Assembly (NCBI GenBank): GCA_036379695.1
Contig: DASVGE010000019.1
Coordinates: 976-64,975 of the forward strand
Source: Pyrinomonadaceae bacterium
Lineage (GTDB): Bacteria; Acidobacteriota; Blastocatellia; Pyrinomonadales; Pyrinomonadaceae
Length of the DNA stretch: 64,000 nt
Direction: 5' to 3'
Shown: positions 52,615 to 62,012 of the stretch, one piece after another
Numbering within the stretch: position 1 is the first letter of the stretch
Layout: every line of letters starts with the position of its first letter
Notes under the pieces: model-generated
Told to the model about the DNA's origin: nothing
The model's input: the letters and a program-made list of their open reading frames with translations, nothing else
The model's database searches: none
Made by a program: the position numbers and the translations under genes

Positions 52615-54981
52615 CGCTTTTTCTAATCCCGCGTACTTTTCGACTAGTTTCTTCTGCCCGTAACCCGGGAAACTCACTGTCAGCTTCGCAGACTCACCTG
52701 CGCCCTCGCGCCGCAACACTAGCCCACGACCGTACTTCGAGTGCTTCACATACGACCCCGGCTTGATTTCATCAGACGCGGATGTCTGCACTGGCTTTGG
52801 GGTCGATGATGTCTGGCCCAACTGGCGATTACGTTGTTTGAAGAAATCTGCGATCGAATCGACGCTGTTGTAAGTCTTACCCGTGTATTTCTTGTGCTCT
52901 TTTTTATACTCGCCGTGCTCGTAGTCAATGTCCGCCGAGCCACCCTTGAAGGATAGCCACGACTTACCAAGACTCAAATCCTCGAGCAACTCGCTCGGCA
53001 TTTCATTCAAAAATTGTGAAGGCTCGGATGCCAGTTCTTCACCATACACGCGGCGCTTCATCGCGTGCGTCACGTACAGGAAACGTTCGGCGCGCGTCAT
53101 CGCAACGTACGCGAGCCGGCGCTCCTCCTCGAGCTCCGCGGGATCGGCCTTGGCGCGCGAGTGTGGAAACAAACCTTCCTCGAGTCCGACGATAAAGACG
53201 AGGGGAAACTCGAGGCCCTTTGCCGAGTGCGCAGTCATCAATGTTACGGGCGCGTCGCGTTTGTATTCGTCCTGATCGGAAACGAGTGCGGAGTGGTCGA
53301 TAAACTCACGCAGTCCTTCGACACCCTGCTCGTCATAATCAACGGCGGCGTTAACAAGCTCCTGCAAGTTTTCCAGCCGGCCTTCCGCTTCGTCGGTGCG
53401 TTCGCCGCGAAGCGCCTGTTCGTAACCGGTTTCCTTAATTGCGGCGCGAACTATATCGGAAACGGGTTCGTCTGATGTTGAGGTCTTTTCCGGATCAGAG
53501 AGCTCTGCGAGGTGTGTAACGACACGCCGGAAACTCTTCAGCGCGCTGATCGCTCGTGAGCCGAGATTTTCCGGCCGCTCGATGATGACTGCGATCGTTT
53601 CCCACCAGGAGAGCTCGTAATCGCGCGCGCGGCGCTCGATCTCGTCGATCGTCGTTTTGCCGATGCCACGCGGCGGACTATTGATCACACGTTGCAATGC
53701 GATCGAATCGTTCGGATTCAGCGCGAGTTTCAAATACGCGATGATGTCGCGCACTTCCATGCGCTCGTAGAACGAAAAACCGCCGATGATGTTGTACTGC
53801 AAACCGGCTCGGCGCATCGCCTCTTCAAAGACGCGCGATTGAGAGTTCGTGCGATAGAGCACCGCGGCGCGGATGTCGAACTCCTCGCGACGATGCTCGA
53901 GGATCTTGTGTGCTACCCAGCGCGCTTCCGCTTCCGCGTCGAACGCCTGGTAATAACCGACACGTCCACCGCGCGGGTTCGACGTCCAAAGAGTTTTCCC
54001 TTTGCGCTCCAGATTGTTCTTCACCACCGCGCCCGCGATGTCGAGGATTGTTTGCGTGGAGCGATAGTTCTGTTCGAGGCGAATGGTTTTCGTGTTGGGA
54101 AACTGCTTTTCGAAGTTGAGGATGTTGCTGATGTCCGCGCCGCGCCACTTGTAGATCGACTGGTCTTCGTCACCGACAACACAGATGTTCTGAGTTTTCT
54201 GCGTTATCAAACGGATGAGCGCAAACTGGAGCGAGTTCGTGTCCTGATACTCGTCGACGAGGATGTAGCGAAACTTGTTGTTGTATTTTTCTCGAACTTC
54301 GTCAACGTCGCGCAGGAGGCGCACGGTCTTGATCAGCAGATCGTCGAAGTCGAGCGCGTTGTTTCCGTGCAGGCGATCTTCGTACATCTGGTAAATCCTC
54401 CCCATCGCTGCGCGCCGCTCGTCCTGGTACTCTGCGCGCGCGGCGAAGGCAGTCGGATCTTCGCCGCGATTCTTCGCCGAGCTAATGGCTGATTGCGTTG
54501 CGCGCGGTGCGAGATACTTCTCGTCGAAGCCGAGTTCCTTGATGCACTGCCTGATCAATCGTAGCGAATCGTCCTGGTCGTAGATGGTGAAGCGACGCGT
54601 GTACCTGTCGTTCAGCTTTTCGATATCCTGGCGCAGGATGCGAACGCAGAGACTGTGAAACGTCGAAACGAGAGGCAGGTCGTTACGCTCCTGGGTGCGC
54701 AGCAGTCGCTGCACGCGCTGTCGCATCTCGTCCGCGGCTTTGTTCGTAAACGTCACCGCGAGAATGTTCCAGCTCGGAATCTTTTTCTCGGAGATGAGAT
54801 AGGCGATGCGATGCGCAATGACTCGCGTCTTCCCTGAGCCGGCGCCCGCGAGTATGAGGAGCGGACCGTCCGTAGCAAGCACAGCTTCGCGCTGTTGTTC
54901 ATTCAGTTGTGACAGAAATTCCGAGTCCACTTGTGTGGGTGCATTTAAGCACAGAGATTCGAAGAGACAAAATCCATCCAC
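52612..54981 (-). CDS. pcrA: ATP-dependent DNA helicase PcrA/UvrD
   Basis: Helicase motifs AGAGSGKT and DEYQDT, plus a C-terminal Tudor-like tail. The GTG at 54981 lies inside a repeat arm, so the true start may be further downstream (for example the GTG at 54930). Confidence 0.93.
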   Translation of the reverse strand: MDGFCLFESLCLNAPTQVDSEFLSQLNEQQREAVLATDGPLLILAGAGSGKTRVIAHRIAYLISEKKIPSWNILAVTFTNKAADEMRQRVQRLLRTQERNDLPLVSTFHSLCVRILRQDIEKLNDRYTRRFTIYDQDDSLRLIRQCIKELGFDEKYLAPRATQSAISSAKNRGEDPTAFAARAEYQDERRAAMGRIYQMYEDRLHGNNALDFDDLLIKTVRLLRDVDEVREKYNNKFRYILVDEYQDTNSLQFALIRLITQKTQNICVVGDEDQSIYKWRGADISNILNFEKQFPNTKTIRLEQNYRSTQTILDIAGAVVKNNLERKGKTLWTSNPRGGRVGYYQAFDAEAEARWVAHKILEHRREEFDIRAAVLYRTNSQSRVFEEAMRRAGLQYNIIGGFSFYERMEVRDIIAYLKLALNPNDSIALQRVINSPPRGIGKTTIDEIERRARDYELSWWETIAVIIERPENLGSRAISALKSFRRVVTHLAELSDPEKTSTSDEPVSDIVRAAIKETGYEQALRGERTDEAEGRLENLQELVNAAVDYDEQGVEGLREFIDHSALVSDQDEYKRDAPVTLMTAHSAKGLEFPLVFIVGLEEGLFPHSRAKADPAELEEERRLAYVAMTRAERFLYVTHAMKRRVYGEELASEPSQFLNEMPSELLEDLSLGKSWLSFKGGSADIDYEHGEYKKEHKKYTGKTYNSVDSIADFFKQRNRQLGQTSSTPKPVQTSASDEIKPGSYVKHSKYGRGLVLRREGAGESAKLTVSFPGYGQKKLVEKYAGLEKA

Positions 54982-55070
54982 AGATTACGCAGATTGTTGC
55001 TTGTAATCTGTGTAATCTGTGGATACTAATCTGTGTAATCTGTGGATACTAATCTGCGTAATCTGTGGCT
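54976..55070. repeat. Type A element with one left arm and three tandem right arms (23-bp period)
   Basis: Left arm ATCCACAGATTACGCAGATT (54976-54995). Right arms AATCTGTGTAATCTGTGGAT at 55005-55024 and 55028-55047, and AATCTGCGTAATCTGTGGCT at 55051-55070. Confidence 0.95.
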
Positions 55071-55129
55071 GCAGTTTGACAGCAAGAATCAGATAGATTG
55101 ATTCTGTTTGTCTGGCTTACGATGCCGAC

Positions 55130-56239
55130 ATGATTCAAACTGCACAAAACAACGAGCAACTATGGCAAGCGGTGATGGCGAAAGATGCGCGCTTCGACGG
55201 CCAATTCGTGTTCGCAGTGACTTCAACCGGAGTTTACTGCCGCCCGTCGTGCCCTTCGCGTCGTGCACATCGCGAGCGCGTTAAATTTTTCGATCTGCCC
55301 GAGGCAGCGGAACAGGCGGGCTTTCGTGCATGCCTGCGTTGCCAACCGCGACGCGCGCGCGTTCTGGATCCGCAGATCGATCTCGTGCAGCGCGTTTGTC
55401 GCCTGCTGAACGAACCTGACGGCGAGCCACTCAAACTCGCAGAGCTCGCCTCAGAAACAGGCGTGAGCGTTTTTCACTTGCAGCGCACGTTCAAACGCGT
55501 GATGGGCATCAGTCCCAAACATTATGTAGCGGCGCAAAAGTTCGGCAACTTCAAAGCTCTCGTGCGCAAAGGCGAGACTGTTACTAACTCGCTTTACGAG
55601 TCGGGATTCAATTCCAGCAGCCGCCTCTACGAACACGCGTCGGACGAACTCGGTATGACGCCGGCGACGTACAGTCGCGGCGGCCGTGGCGTAAATATCA
55701 ACTACACGACTGTCGCTTCGCGTATGGGCCGTTTACTGGTTGCGGTAACTGAGCGCGGCGTGTGTGCAGTGAGACTGGCTGACAACGATGCCGAGCTCGA
55801 GAAAGATCTGCGCGAAGAATTTCCACAGGCGCTGATCGAACGCGCAGACGAAGCATTGCGCGAGCCAGTGCAAAAGATCCTGAATCATCTCGACAACAAC
55901 GAACCGCATTTGGACCTGCCACTCGACATCAGAGCGACTGCCTTTCAGCGCCAGGTGTGGGAAAAACTTCGTGCGATTCCTTACGGCCAAACAGTTTCCT
56001 ACGGCGACGTTGCCAAAGCGTTGGGTAAACCGGGCGCAGTGCGCGCTGTTGGGCGTGCGTGTGCGACAAACCCGGTGGCCCTGATAATTCCGTGTCATCG
56101 CGTGGTCCGTGAAGACAAGAGCTTGGGCGGTTATCGCTGGGGGTTGGACCGCAAAAAGAAACTGCTGGAGCATGAAAGCGGACGGTCCTTTTTGTCCCCC
56201 GATTCCGCGTTAGAGGAAGCGGGGGGCAAGCGGCGCTAG
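55130..56239 (+). CDS. ada: Bifunctional Ada-like regulator / O6-methylguanine-DNA methyltransferase
   Basis: N-terminal Cys4 Zn domain (CRPSCPS…CLRC), an AraC-type HTH and a C-terminal methyltransferase with the PCHRV active site. Confidence 0.9.
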   Translation: MIQTAQNNEQLWQAVMAKDARFDGQFVFAVTSTGVYCRPSCPSRRAHRERVKFFDLPEAAEQAGFRACLRCQPRRARVLDPQIDLVQRVCRLLNEPDGEPLKLAELASETGVSVFHLQRTFKRVMGISPKHYVAAQKFGNFKALVRKGETVTNSLYESGFNSSSRLYEHASDELGMTPATYSRGGRGVNINYTTVASRMGRLLVAVTERGVCAVRLADNDAELEKDLREEFPQALIERADEALREPVQKILNHLDNNEPHLDLPLDIRATAFQRQVWEKLRAIPYGQTVSYGDVAKALGKPGAVRAVGRACATNPVALIIPCHRVVREDKSLGGYRWGLDRKKKLLEHESGRSFLSPDSALEEAGGKRR

Positions 56240-56283
56240 TAGCCAGGCACGCTTGGGGGATGTCGTGCCGCAGCCGCTTGCCC
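56223..56283. repeat. GC-rich compound stem-loop overlapping the ada stop
   Basis: GGGGCAAGCGGC (56223-56234) pairs with GCCGCTTGCCC (56273-56283). An inner GGCACG/CGTGCC stem lies at 56246-56251 and 56264-56269. Confidence 0.7.
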
Positions 56284-56290
56284 TCGAGGG

Positions 56291-56370
56291 GCGCCACAGA
56301 TGTTTGAGCCACGGATTTACACGGATGAACACAGATATAATCCGTGTCTATCCGTGTTCATCTGTGGCTA
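56291..56370. repeat. Intergenic palindromic element, type B, imperfect
   Basis: An extra head GCCACAGATG is followed by AGCCACGGATTTACACGGATGAACACAGAT ... AATCCGTGTCTATCCGTGTTCATCTGTGGCT, with about 24 of 30 positions pairing. Confidence 0.85.
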
Positions 56371-56373
56371 AAT

Positions 56374-58236
56374 CTATTCCACTGTCACGGACTTGGCGAG
56401 ATTTCGCGGTTGGTCCACGTCACATCCACGTCGCACAGCGATGTGATACGCGAGCAGTTGCAGCGGAATGATCGAGAGGATGGGCGAGAGCAGATCGCTC
56501 GCCGCCGGAATTTCAATCACGTGATCCGAAACGACGGACGAGATCGAATCACCTTCAGTCAACACCGAAATCACAATACCCTCACGCGCCTTAACTTCCA
56601 CGATATTCGAATGCGTCTTTTCATAACGCAGCTCTGACGCGCGGTTGCCGTCTTCGCGTGTGTTGATGAAGAGTACCGGCAGGCGTTCGTCGATCAGCGC
56701 GTTTGGACCATGCTTCATCTCGCCGGCGGGATAACCTTCGGCGTGAATGTAAGAGATCTCTTTCAACTTCAAAGCACCTTCGAGCGCGACCGGAAAGTTG
56801 ATCCCGCGACCGAGGTAAAGAAAGTCAGTCGAGCGGAAGAACTCCTTCGAGAGTTCCTCAATATAATCAGAATCATTGAGCAGGTGCTCGAGCTTGACCG
56901 GCAGTTCCGCCAGTTCCTGCGCGTGAAAACGGGCCTCATCCACTGAGAGCACGCCACGCAGTTGCCCGAGATACAAACCGAGCAGGTAAAGCGCAATCAT
57001 CTGACCTGTGAACGCTTTGGTAGATGCAACACCGATTTCCGGACCCGCGTGCGTGAGAATCGTGCCGTCAGCTTCACGCACGATCATCGAACCCTGCACG
57101 TTGCAGATCGCCAACACCTTGGAACCGAGTTCTTTTGCCTCGCGCAGCGCAGCAATCGTGTCGGCCGTTTCTCCGGACTGGGAAATGACAAGCAACAACG
57201 TGTCTTCGTCCATCACCGGACTGCGATAACGAAACTCGGAGGCGTAATCGACGTCCACCGGTATGCGCGCGAGTTGCTCGATCATGTATTTGCCCGCCAG
57301 TCCGGCGTGCCACGACGTGCCGCACGCCGCGATCTTGATCGAGGAGAAACGTTTGAAGTCCGCTTCGGTGATGTTGCTCATCTCGTCGAGAAACACGCGG
57401 CCGGTGTCGAGCGAGATGCGTCCCTGCACCGTATCGCGAACGGAGCGCGGCTGCTCGTAAATCTCCTTGAGCATGAAATGCTTGAAGCCGCCCTTCTCCG
57501 CCATGATCGGATCCCACGTGATCCGCTGAATCGATGGCTGCACGGAGTTGCCTTCGAAATCGGTGACGCGCACTGCGTCTTTATTGATGACGGCAATCTC
57601 TCCGTCTCCGAGAAAGAAGACGTCGCGTGTGTGTTGCAGAATCGGCGGAATGTCGGAGGCGACGAAGAATTCGCGATCGCCGAGACCGATCACTACCGGA
57701 GGACCCTGGCGCACGGCGATGATCGTGTCAGGTTCGTCGGCGTTGATGATCGAGAGCGCGAAGATGCCGCGTAGCTCAGTCACGGCAGAACGCACGGCCT
57801 GCTCGAAAGAAGAGTCCTGTTTAAGGTGTTCCTCGATCAGGTGGGCCATGATCTCCGTGTCGGTTTCTGTGACGAAGCGGTGATCGCTTTTGCGCAGGCG
57901 TTCTTTTAGCTGGAGGTAGTTTTCGATGATGCCGTTGTGCACTACGACCACGCGGCCGGTGCAGTCGCGATGCGGGTGCGCGTTTTCTTCGGTAGGACGC
58001 CCGTGCGTGGCCCAGCGTGTGTGGCCGATGCCGTACGTGCCGTCGAGCGGACTGAGGCGAATGGTCTCTTCGAGGTTGCGCAGTTTTCCTTCGGCGCGGC
58101 GGATCTCGAGCTCGTGCCCTTCATTGACGACGGCGATGCCGGCTGAGTCGTAGCCGCGGTATTCGAGCTTTCGCAGCCCATCGATGATGAGCGGCACAAC
58201 CTGTTTATTGCCTACGTAACCAACGATTCCACACAT
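56374..58236 (-). CDS. glmS: Glutamine--fructose-6-phosphate aminotransferase
   Basis: 620 aa. MCGIVGY N-terminal nucleophile, two SIS domains and a C-terminal …KSVTVE. Confidence 0.97.
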   Translation of the reverse strand: MCGIVGYVGNKQVVPLIIDGLRKLEYRGYDSAGIAVVNEGHELEIRRAEGKLRNLEETIRLSPLDGTYGIGHTRWATHGRPTEENAHPHRDCTGRVVVVHNGIIENYLQLKERLRKSDHRFVTETDTEIMAHLIEEHLKQDSSFEQAVRSAVTELRGIFALSIINADEPDTIIAVRQGPPVVIGLGDREFFVASDIPPILQHTRDVFFLGDGEIAVINKDAVRVTDFEGNSVQPSIQRITWDPIMAEKGGFKHFMLKEIYEQPRSVRDTVQGRISLDTGRVFLDEMSNITEADFKRFSSIKIAACGTSWHAGLAGKYMIEQLARIPVDVDYASEFRYRSPVMDEDTLLLVISQSGETADTIAALREAKELGSKVLAICNVQGSMIVREADGTILTHAGPEIGVASTKAFTGQMIALYLLGLYLGQLRGVLSVDEARFHAQELAELPVKLEHLLNDSDYIEELSKEFFRSTDFLYLGRGINFPVALEGALKLKEISYIHAEGYPAGEMKHGPNALIDERLPVLFINTREDGNRASELRYEKTHSNIVEVKAREGIVISVLTEGDSISSVVSDHVIEIPAASDLLSPILSIIPLQLLAYHIAVRRGCDVDQPRNLAKSVTVE

Positions 58237-58252
58237 GCACTAAATACTCCTT

Positions 58253-58317
58253 TTAGCCACAAAAAAGCACAAAATGCACAAAAGATTTTTGTGACTTTTG
58301 TGCCTTTTTGTGGCTCA
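58253..58317. repeat. Intergenic palindromic element, type C
   Basis: TTAGCCACAAAAAAGCACAAAATGCACAAAAG ... CTTTTGTGCCTTTTTGTGGCTCA. It fills the glmU-glmS gap and ends on the glmU TGA stop. Confidence 0.9.
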
Positions 58318-59694
58318 TTTCAGTTTCTTTTTCACTTCTGCCGGGACACCCGCGACGAGCGAATCCGGAGGAACGTCTTTTGTCACGACTGAGCCGGCGC
58401 CGGTTACCGAGCGGGCGCCGACGCGCACGGGAGCTACGAGCATCGTGTCTGAACCAATCTTAACGTCGTCTTCAATGATCGTTTCGTGCTTGTTCACTCC
58501 GTCGTAGTTGCAAGTCACGGTACCGGCGCCGATGTTTGTGCGCTCGCCAATCGTCGCATCTCCAAGATACGTGAGATGCATGGCTTTCGTGCCGCGTTTC
58601 AGCCGCGATTTTTTGACCTCGACAAAGTTTCCCACCGTCGCCTTTTCTTCCAGCACCGCGTTCATGCGTAAGTGCGCGAACGGCCCGACCGAGCACTTCG
58701 ACTCGATCTGAGAATCCACGATGATGGAATGGTCTTTAACTACGACCTCGTCGCCCAGACGCGAGTTGGTGATGCGTGCTCCGGAGCGGATCACACAACC
58801 TTCGCCAATGACTGTCCTGCCCTCGATCGTGACGTTCGGATGGATGATAGTGTCGCGCCCGATCTGGGCTTCGGTGCTGATGTAAGCGTGCGAGGGATCG
58901 ATAAACGTGACGCCGCTTTCCGTCATCAACTTCCGAATCGCTGCCCGCCGGATCAGGTTCTCAAACTCAGCCAGCTCAGCCCGTGAGTTGATCCCATAAA
59001 CTTCGCGTGCCTCGTGGTGCAGGTAGACACTGACCTTGCCGCCGTTGTCCATGATGATGGAAGGCACGTCCGTCAGATAGTACTCACCCTGATCGTTTTT
59101 TGGTTCGACCTTGCGGAGGGCTTTGAAAAGTTCGCGTGCGTCGAAGCAGTAAATACCGGAGTTGATCTCTTTGACCTGGCGTTCTTCTTCAGTCGCGTCA
59201 CGCTGTTCGACGATTTTGCAAAAGGAGTCGTTCGCATCACGAATGATGCGCCCGTAGCCAGTCGGGTTCTCGAGCCGAACACTCAGAATCGAACAGGCGG
59301 CGCCGGCGTTCTGGTGATGCTCGACAAAGTTTTGCAGCGTCTCCAGCTTGATCATCGGCACGTCGCCGGAGAGCACCAGCACCAGTGAATCTGAGCTCTC
59401 GAGCACGCTGCGTGCTGACTCGACCGCATCGCCCGTCCCACGTTGTTTCGCCTGCACCACAAAACTCGCGAGTCCACCGACTTCAGCGAGCACTGCGCGT
59501 TCAACTTCCTCCGCCTGATGACCGATCACAACGACGATTCGCTGCGGGTTCAGAGCCTGGGCCGTCCTGGTCACGTGCGCAATCAGCGGCGAGCCGCCCA
59601 GCTCGTGCAGCACCTTGGCGCGGTTCGATTTCATTCGCGTCCCTAAGCCTGCCGCCATGATCAGGACGTTCAGCGATGTGGTTTTATGTGACAT
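58315..59694 (-). CDS. glmU: Bifunctional UDP-GlcNAc pyrophosphorylase / GlcN-1-P acetyltransferase
   Basis: 459 aa. Contains the AAGLGTRM motif and a C-terminal left-handed beta-helix with hexapeptide repeats. Confidence 0.95.
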   Translation of the reverse strand: MSHKTTSLNVLIMAAGLGTRMKSNRAKVLHELGGSPLIAHVTRTAQALNPQRIVVVIGHQAEEVERAVLAEVGGLASFVVQAKQRGTGDAVESARSVLESSDSLVLVLSGDVPMIKLETLQNFVEHHQNAGAACSILSVRLENPTGYGRIIRDANDSFCKIVEQRDATEEERQVKEINSGIYCFDARELFKALRKVEPKNDQGEYYLTDVPSIIMDNGGKVSVYLHHEAREVYGINSRAELAEFENLIRRAAIRKLMTESGVTFIDPSHAYISTEAQIGRDTIIHPNVTIEGRTVIGEGCVIRSGARITNSRLGDEVVVKDHSIIVDSQIESKCSVGPFAHLRMNAVLEEKATVGNFVEVKKSRLKRGTKAMHLTYLGDATIGERTNIGAGTVTCNYDGVNKHETIIEDDVKIGSDTMLVAPVRVGARSVTGAGSVVTKDVPPDSLVAGVPAEVKKKLK

Positions 59695-59702
59695 GAACTA
59701 AT

Positions 59703-60770
59703 TTATACAGTGACGATATTCAACGCTTGCTTGCGACAACTGAGCACGACTTGCGCCAGACGATCCGAGTTGTGCCGCACCTTTTCTCCGTCGTACAACA
59801 AGTCGGCATAAACGATTTCCGTTGTCTGATCGAGCGCTTCGTCGATCTGATTGTCGTCTATGCCGATCTGGTAAGCGCCCTCGGCGGCGTAGCGTTCCGC
59901 CTGTTCGCTGCTGATGCGGCGATTGTTGACGATGACAAAATCGAAGTGAATCTCGGGCGCGTACGTCTTGATCGTTTCGATGTGCTCGCGGGCGCTGTAA
60001 CCGTCTGTTTCACCGGGCTGTGTCATCAGGTTGTTCACGTAGATCGTTGTAGCGCGTGATTGACCGATGACGCGGGCGACTTGAGATACGAGCAAATTAG
60101 GCAGAATGCTCGTGTAGAGTGAGCCGGGACCAACGGTGATGATGTCGGCGGCGCGAATCGCTTTCAGCGCCTGCGGCAACGGAAGACATTGCTCGGGTTC
60201 GAGTCGCAGGTTGCGGATCGGTGCTTTCGAAGCAGAGATCTGTGTCTCACCACGAACAACTGTGCCGTCTTCGAGCTCCGCGGCGAGCCGGATATCGCTG
60301 ATCGTTGCCGGAAAGATGTGGCCCTTGCTCGCTAGTACTTCTGACGACAGTTCGATAGCTTTAGTGAAATCTCCCGTGACTTCCGTCAACGCCGCCAGGA
60401 ACAGGTTGCCGAAACTATGCCCACCGAGTTCGCCGTCACCGCGAAAGCGATACCGAAATAGACGCGACAGAAGCGTCGAGTCTTCGGACAGCGCGATCAT
60501 GCAGTTGCGAATGTCACCCGGAGGCAGCATCTGCAACTCGTCACGAAGACGCCCGGAGCTGCCACCATCATCCGAAACGGTGACGATGGCCGAAAGACTC
60601 TCGATCCAGATCTCTGCTTCAGTCTTGCCCACCAGGCGCTTGAGTCCGGCGAGCAGAGTTGAGAGCCCGGTGCCACCGCCAATGGCTACCAGCTTTTGAC
60701 CTGTAATTGTTGTCTTTTGCAAATTGAAGGGCTCCTGGCAGATGTTAACCACGAAGTCTCCAAGACACAA
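59703..60770 (-). CDS. yvcK: YvcK/GlmR (CofD-like) family protein
   Basis: GGGTGLSTLL motif and CofD-like sequence. The exact start is uncertain because the first ~25 aa are atypical. Confidence 0.88.
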   Translation of the reverse strand: MCLGDFVVNICQEPFNLQKTTITGQKLVAIGGGTGLSTLLAGLKRLVGKTEAEIWIESLSAIVTVSDDGGSSGRLRDELQMLPPGDIRNCMIALSEDSTLLSRLFRYRFRGDGELGGHSFGNLFLAALTEVTGDFTKAIELSSEVLASKGHIFPATISDIRLAAELEDGTVVRGETQISASKAPIRNLRLEPEQCLPLPQALKAIRAADIITVGPGSLYTSILPNLLVSQVARVIGQSRATTIYVNNLMTQPGETDGYSAREHIETIKTYAPEIHFDFVIVNNRRISSEQAERYAAEGAYQIGIDDNQIDEALDQTTEIVYADLLYDGEKVRHNSDRLAQVVLSCRKQALNIVTV

Positions 60771-60808
60771 AACTCAAAATGAATTTGTGGTTCAACGTTG
60801 GGTTGAAT

Positions 60809-61657
60809 CTAGGAAGGGTGACTGAAGATCAGCCGATCGAAATCGGGGTCGTTGCGTAGGGGGTTCAGATCGTGATCGTGCTGGGCACGCACACGAAGGT
60901 TTGGCTGCAAGTCCAGTGCTTTCTGAAGCGACTCCAGCGCCAGGTCAATCGAACCGAGACGCGCGCGAGTCGCGGCCAGGCCGTAGTGAATGTGTGCCGC
61001 TTCCGGCTCACGCTTGAGTGCTCTTTCAAACATCTCCTGCGCCGCTACATACTCACCGCGGTTGAGCTCGATGACGCCGCGATCGTAAAGCGAGTCAGCA
61101 TCACGTGGAAGAATGCTCTCAGTCCGCAAGCGCGACTCAGCAATCGCGAGATACGTGCGCGCACGTGCTGCGACCTCTGCCACCTGCGAATACTTGTCTA
61201 CCAGAATTCGAAACTGATTCCGCGCTTCAGCAAACCGGCCTCTCACGAATTCCTTGTGCGCTCGTTCAAACGCTACCAACGCCGCTGACTCATCCTGTGT
61301 CGGTGGCTTTGGCGCAGGTGGTGGCGTTGGAATCGGTCGCACGGCGCGAACAGCCGCCTGCTTCTGCGTCGTTTTGACCCTTGAGACAGTGACGTTCTTA
61401 GCAGCAGTTCTGCGAGCGACTGGTTTCGGTGCAGCTTTCTTCGCCTTGACTGCCGGTTTGGCTTTGGCTGTAGTCTTTTTGGCCGCACGAGGTTTGGCCG
61501 CCGCCTTGCGCGCTGGTGGCTTGGCCGCGGTTGCTCTCTTCGCTTTGGGTTTGGATGGGGACTTCGCTTTGACAGCGCGCTTCGTGCTTTTCGCCGCCGG
61601 TTTAACCTTTGAACGCGATGCTGACCGTCTCAAACCTTTTGTGAGACTGCTACTCAT
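60809..61657 (-). CDS. TPR-repeat protein with histone-H1-like Lys/Ala/Pro-rich N-terminal region
   Basis: About 110 aa of AKKAAPKP-type low complexity, followed by TPR-like helices. I prefer the ATG at 61657; the ORF track extends to 61729. Confidence 0.8.
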   Translation of the reverse strand: MSSSLTKGLRRSASRSKVKPAAKSTKRAVKAKSPSKPKAKRATAAKPPARKAAAKPRAAKKTTAKAKPAVKAKKAAPKPVARRTAAKNVTVSRVKTTQKQAAVRAVRPIPTPPPAPKPPTQDESAALVAFERAHKEFVRGRFAEARNQFRILVDKYSQVAEVAARARTYLAIAESRLRTESILPRDADSLYDRGVIELNRGEYVAAQEMFERALKREPEAAHIHYGLAATRARLGSIDLALESLQKALDLQPNLRVRAQHDHDLNPLRNDPDFDRLIFSHPS

Positions 61658-62012
61658 GGGCGGATTCTCAAAGGGCTGCTCACCCCTTGCGAGCAGCCCG
61701 TGGATTGCCGGGCAGCTTACCATAGGCACTACTCTAAATCAACGGAGACAAGTATTTGCGGGTGCTTTAAAGAGCCGGCATACCGCCTCATTTTCGACAA
61801 ATGTACAAACAAAGAAAAACACTTGATGGTCATTGTTGGCTATGTTAAAGTGCTTTTCGGCTTACGGAGGCTTAATCCACCTCGGCAAAACCGCCCCAAC
61901 CGAAGAAGTAAACCTCTTTTAGTTTCAAAAACTTGCAATCCGCGGAAACAGGCGTTTCAGGTTTTTACCTCCAGGAAACATCCCGCCCCGGCCTTCAATA
62001 AAGAGTCGCACA

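Noticed and set aside
52612-54981. UvrD-like helicase as part of a defence system (for example Gabija-like)
   Set aside because: It carries the full set of PcrA/UvrD housekeeping motifs plus the PcrA-type C-terminal Tudor-like tail. No nuclease/ATPase partner gene is adjacent, and the neighbours are a peptidase gene and ada.
54976-55070. Possible CRISPR array (also considered for 26622-26713)
   Set aside because: The repeats have a 23-35 nt period with no unique spacers between them, there are only three copies, and no cas genes are in the window. They belong to the palindromic element family.
58237-58314. glmS ribozyme upstream of glmS
   Set aside because: The gap is only 78 nt and consists of a simple CACAAAAG-type palindrome. 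The ribozyme needs a much larger, specific pseudoknotted core. An Rfam scan should confirm this.
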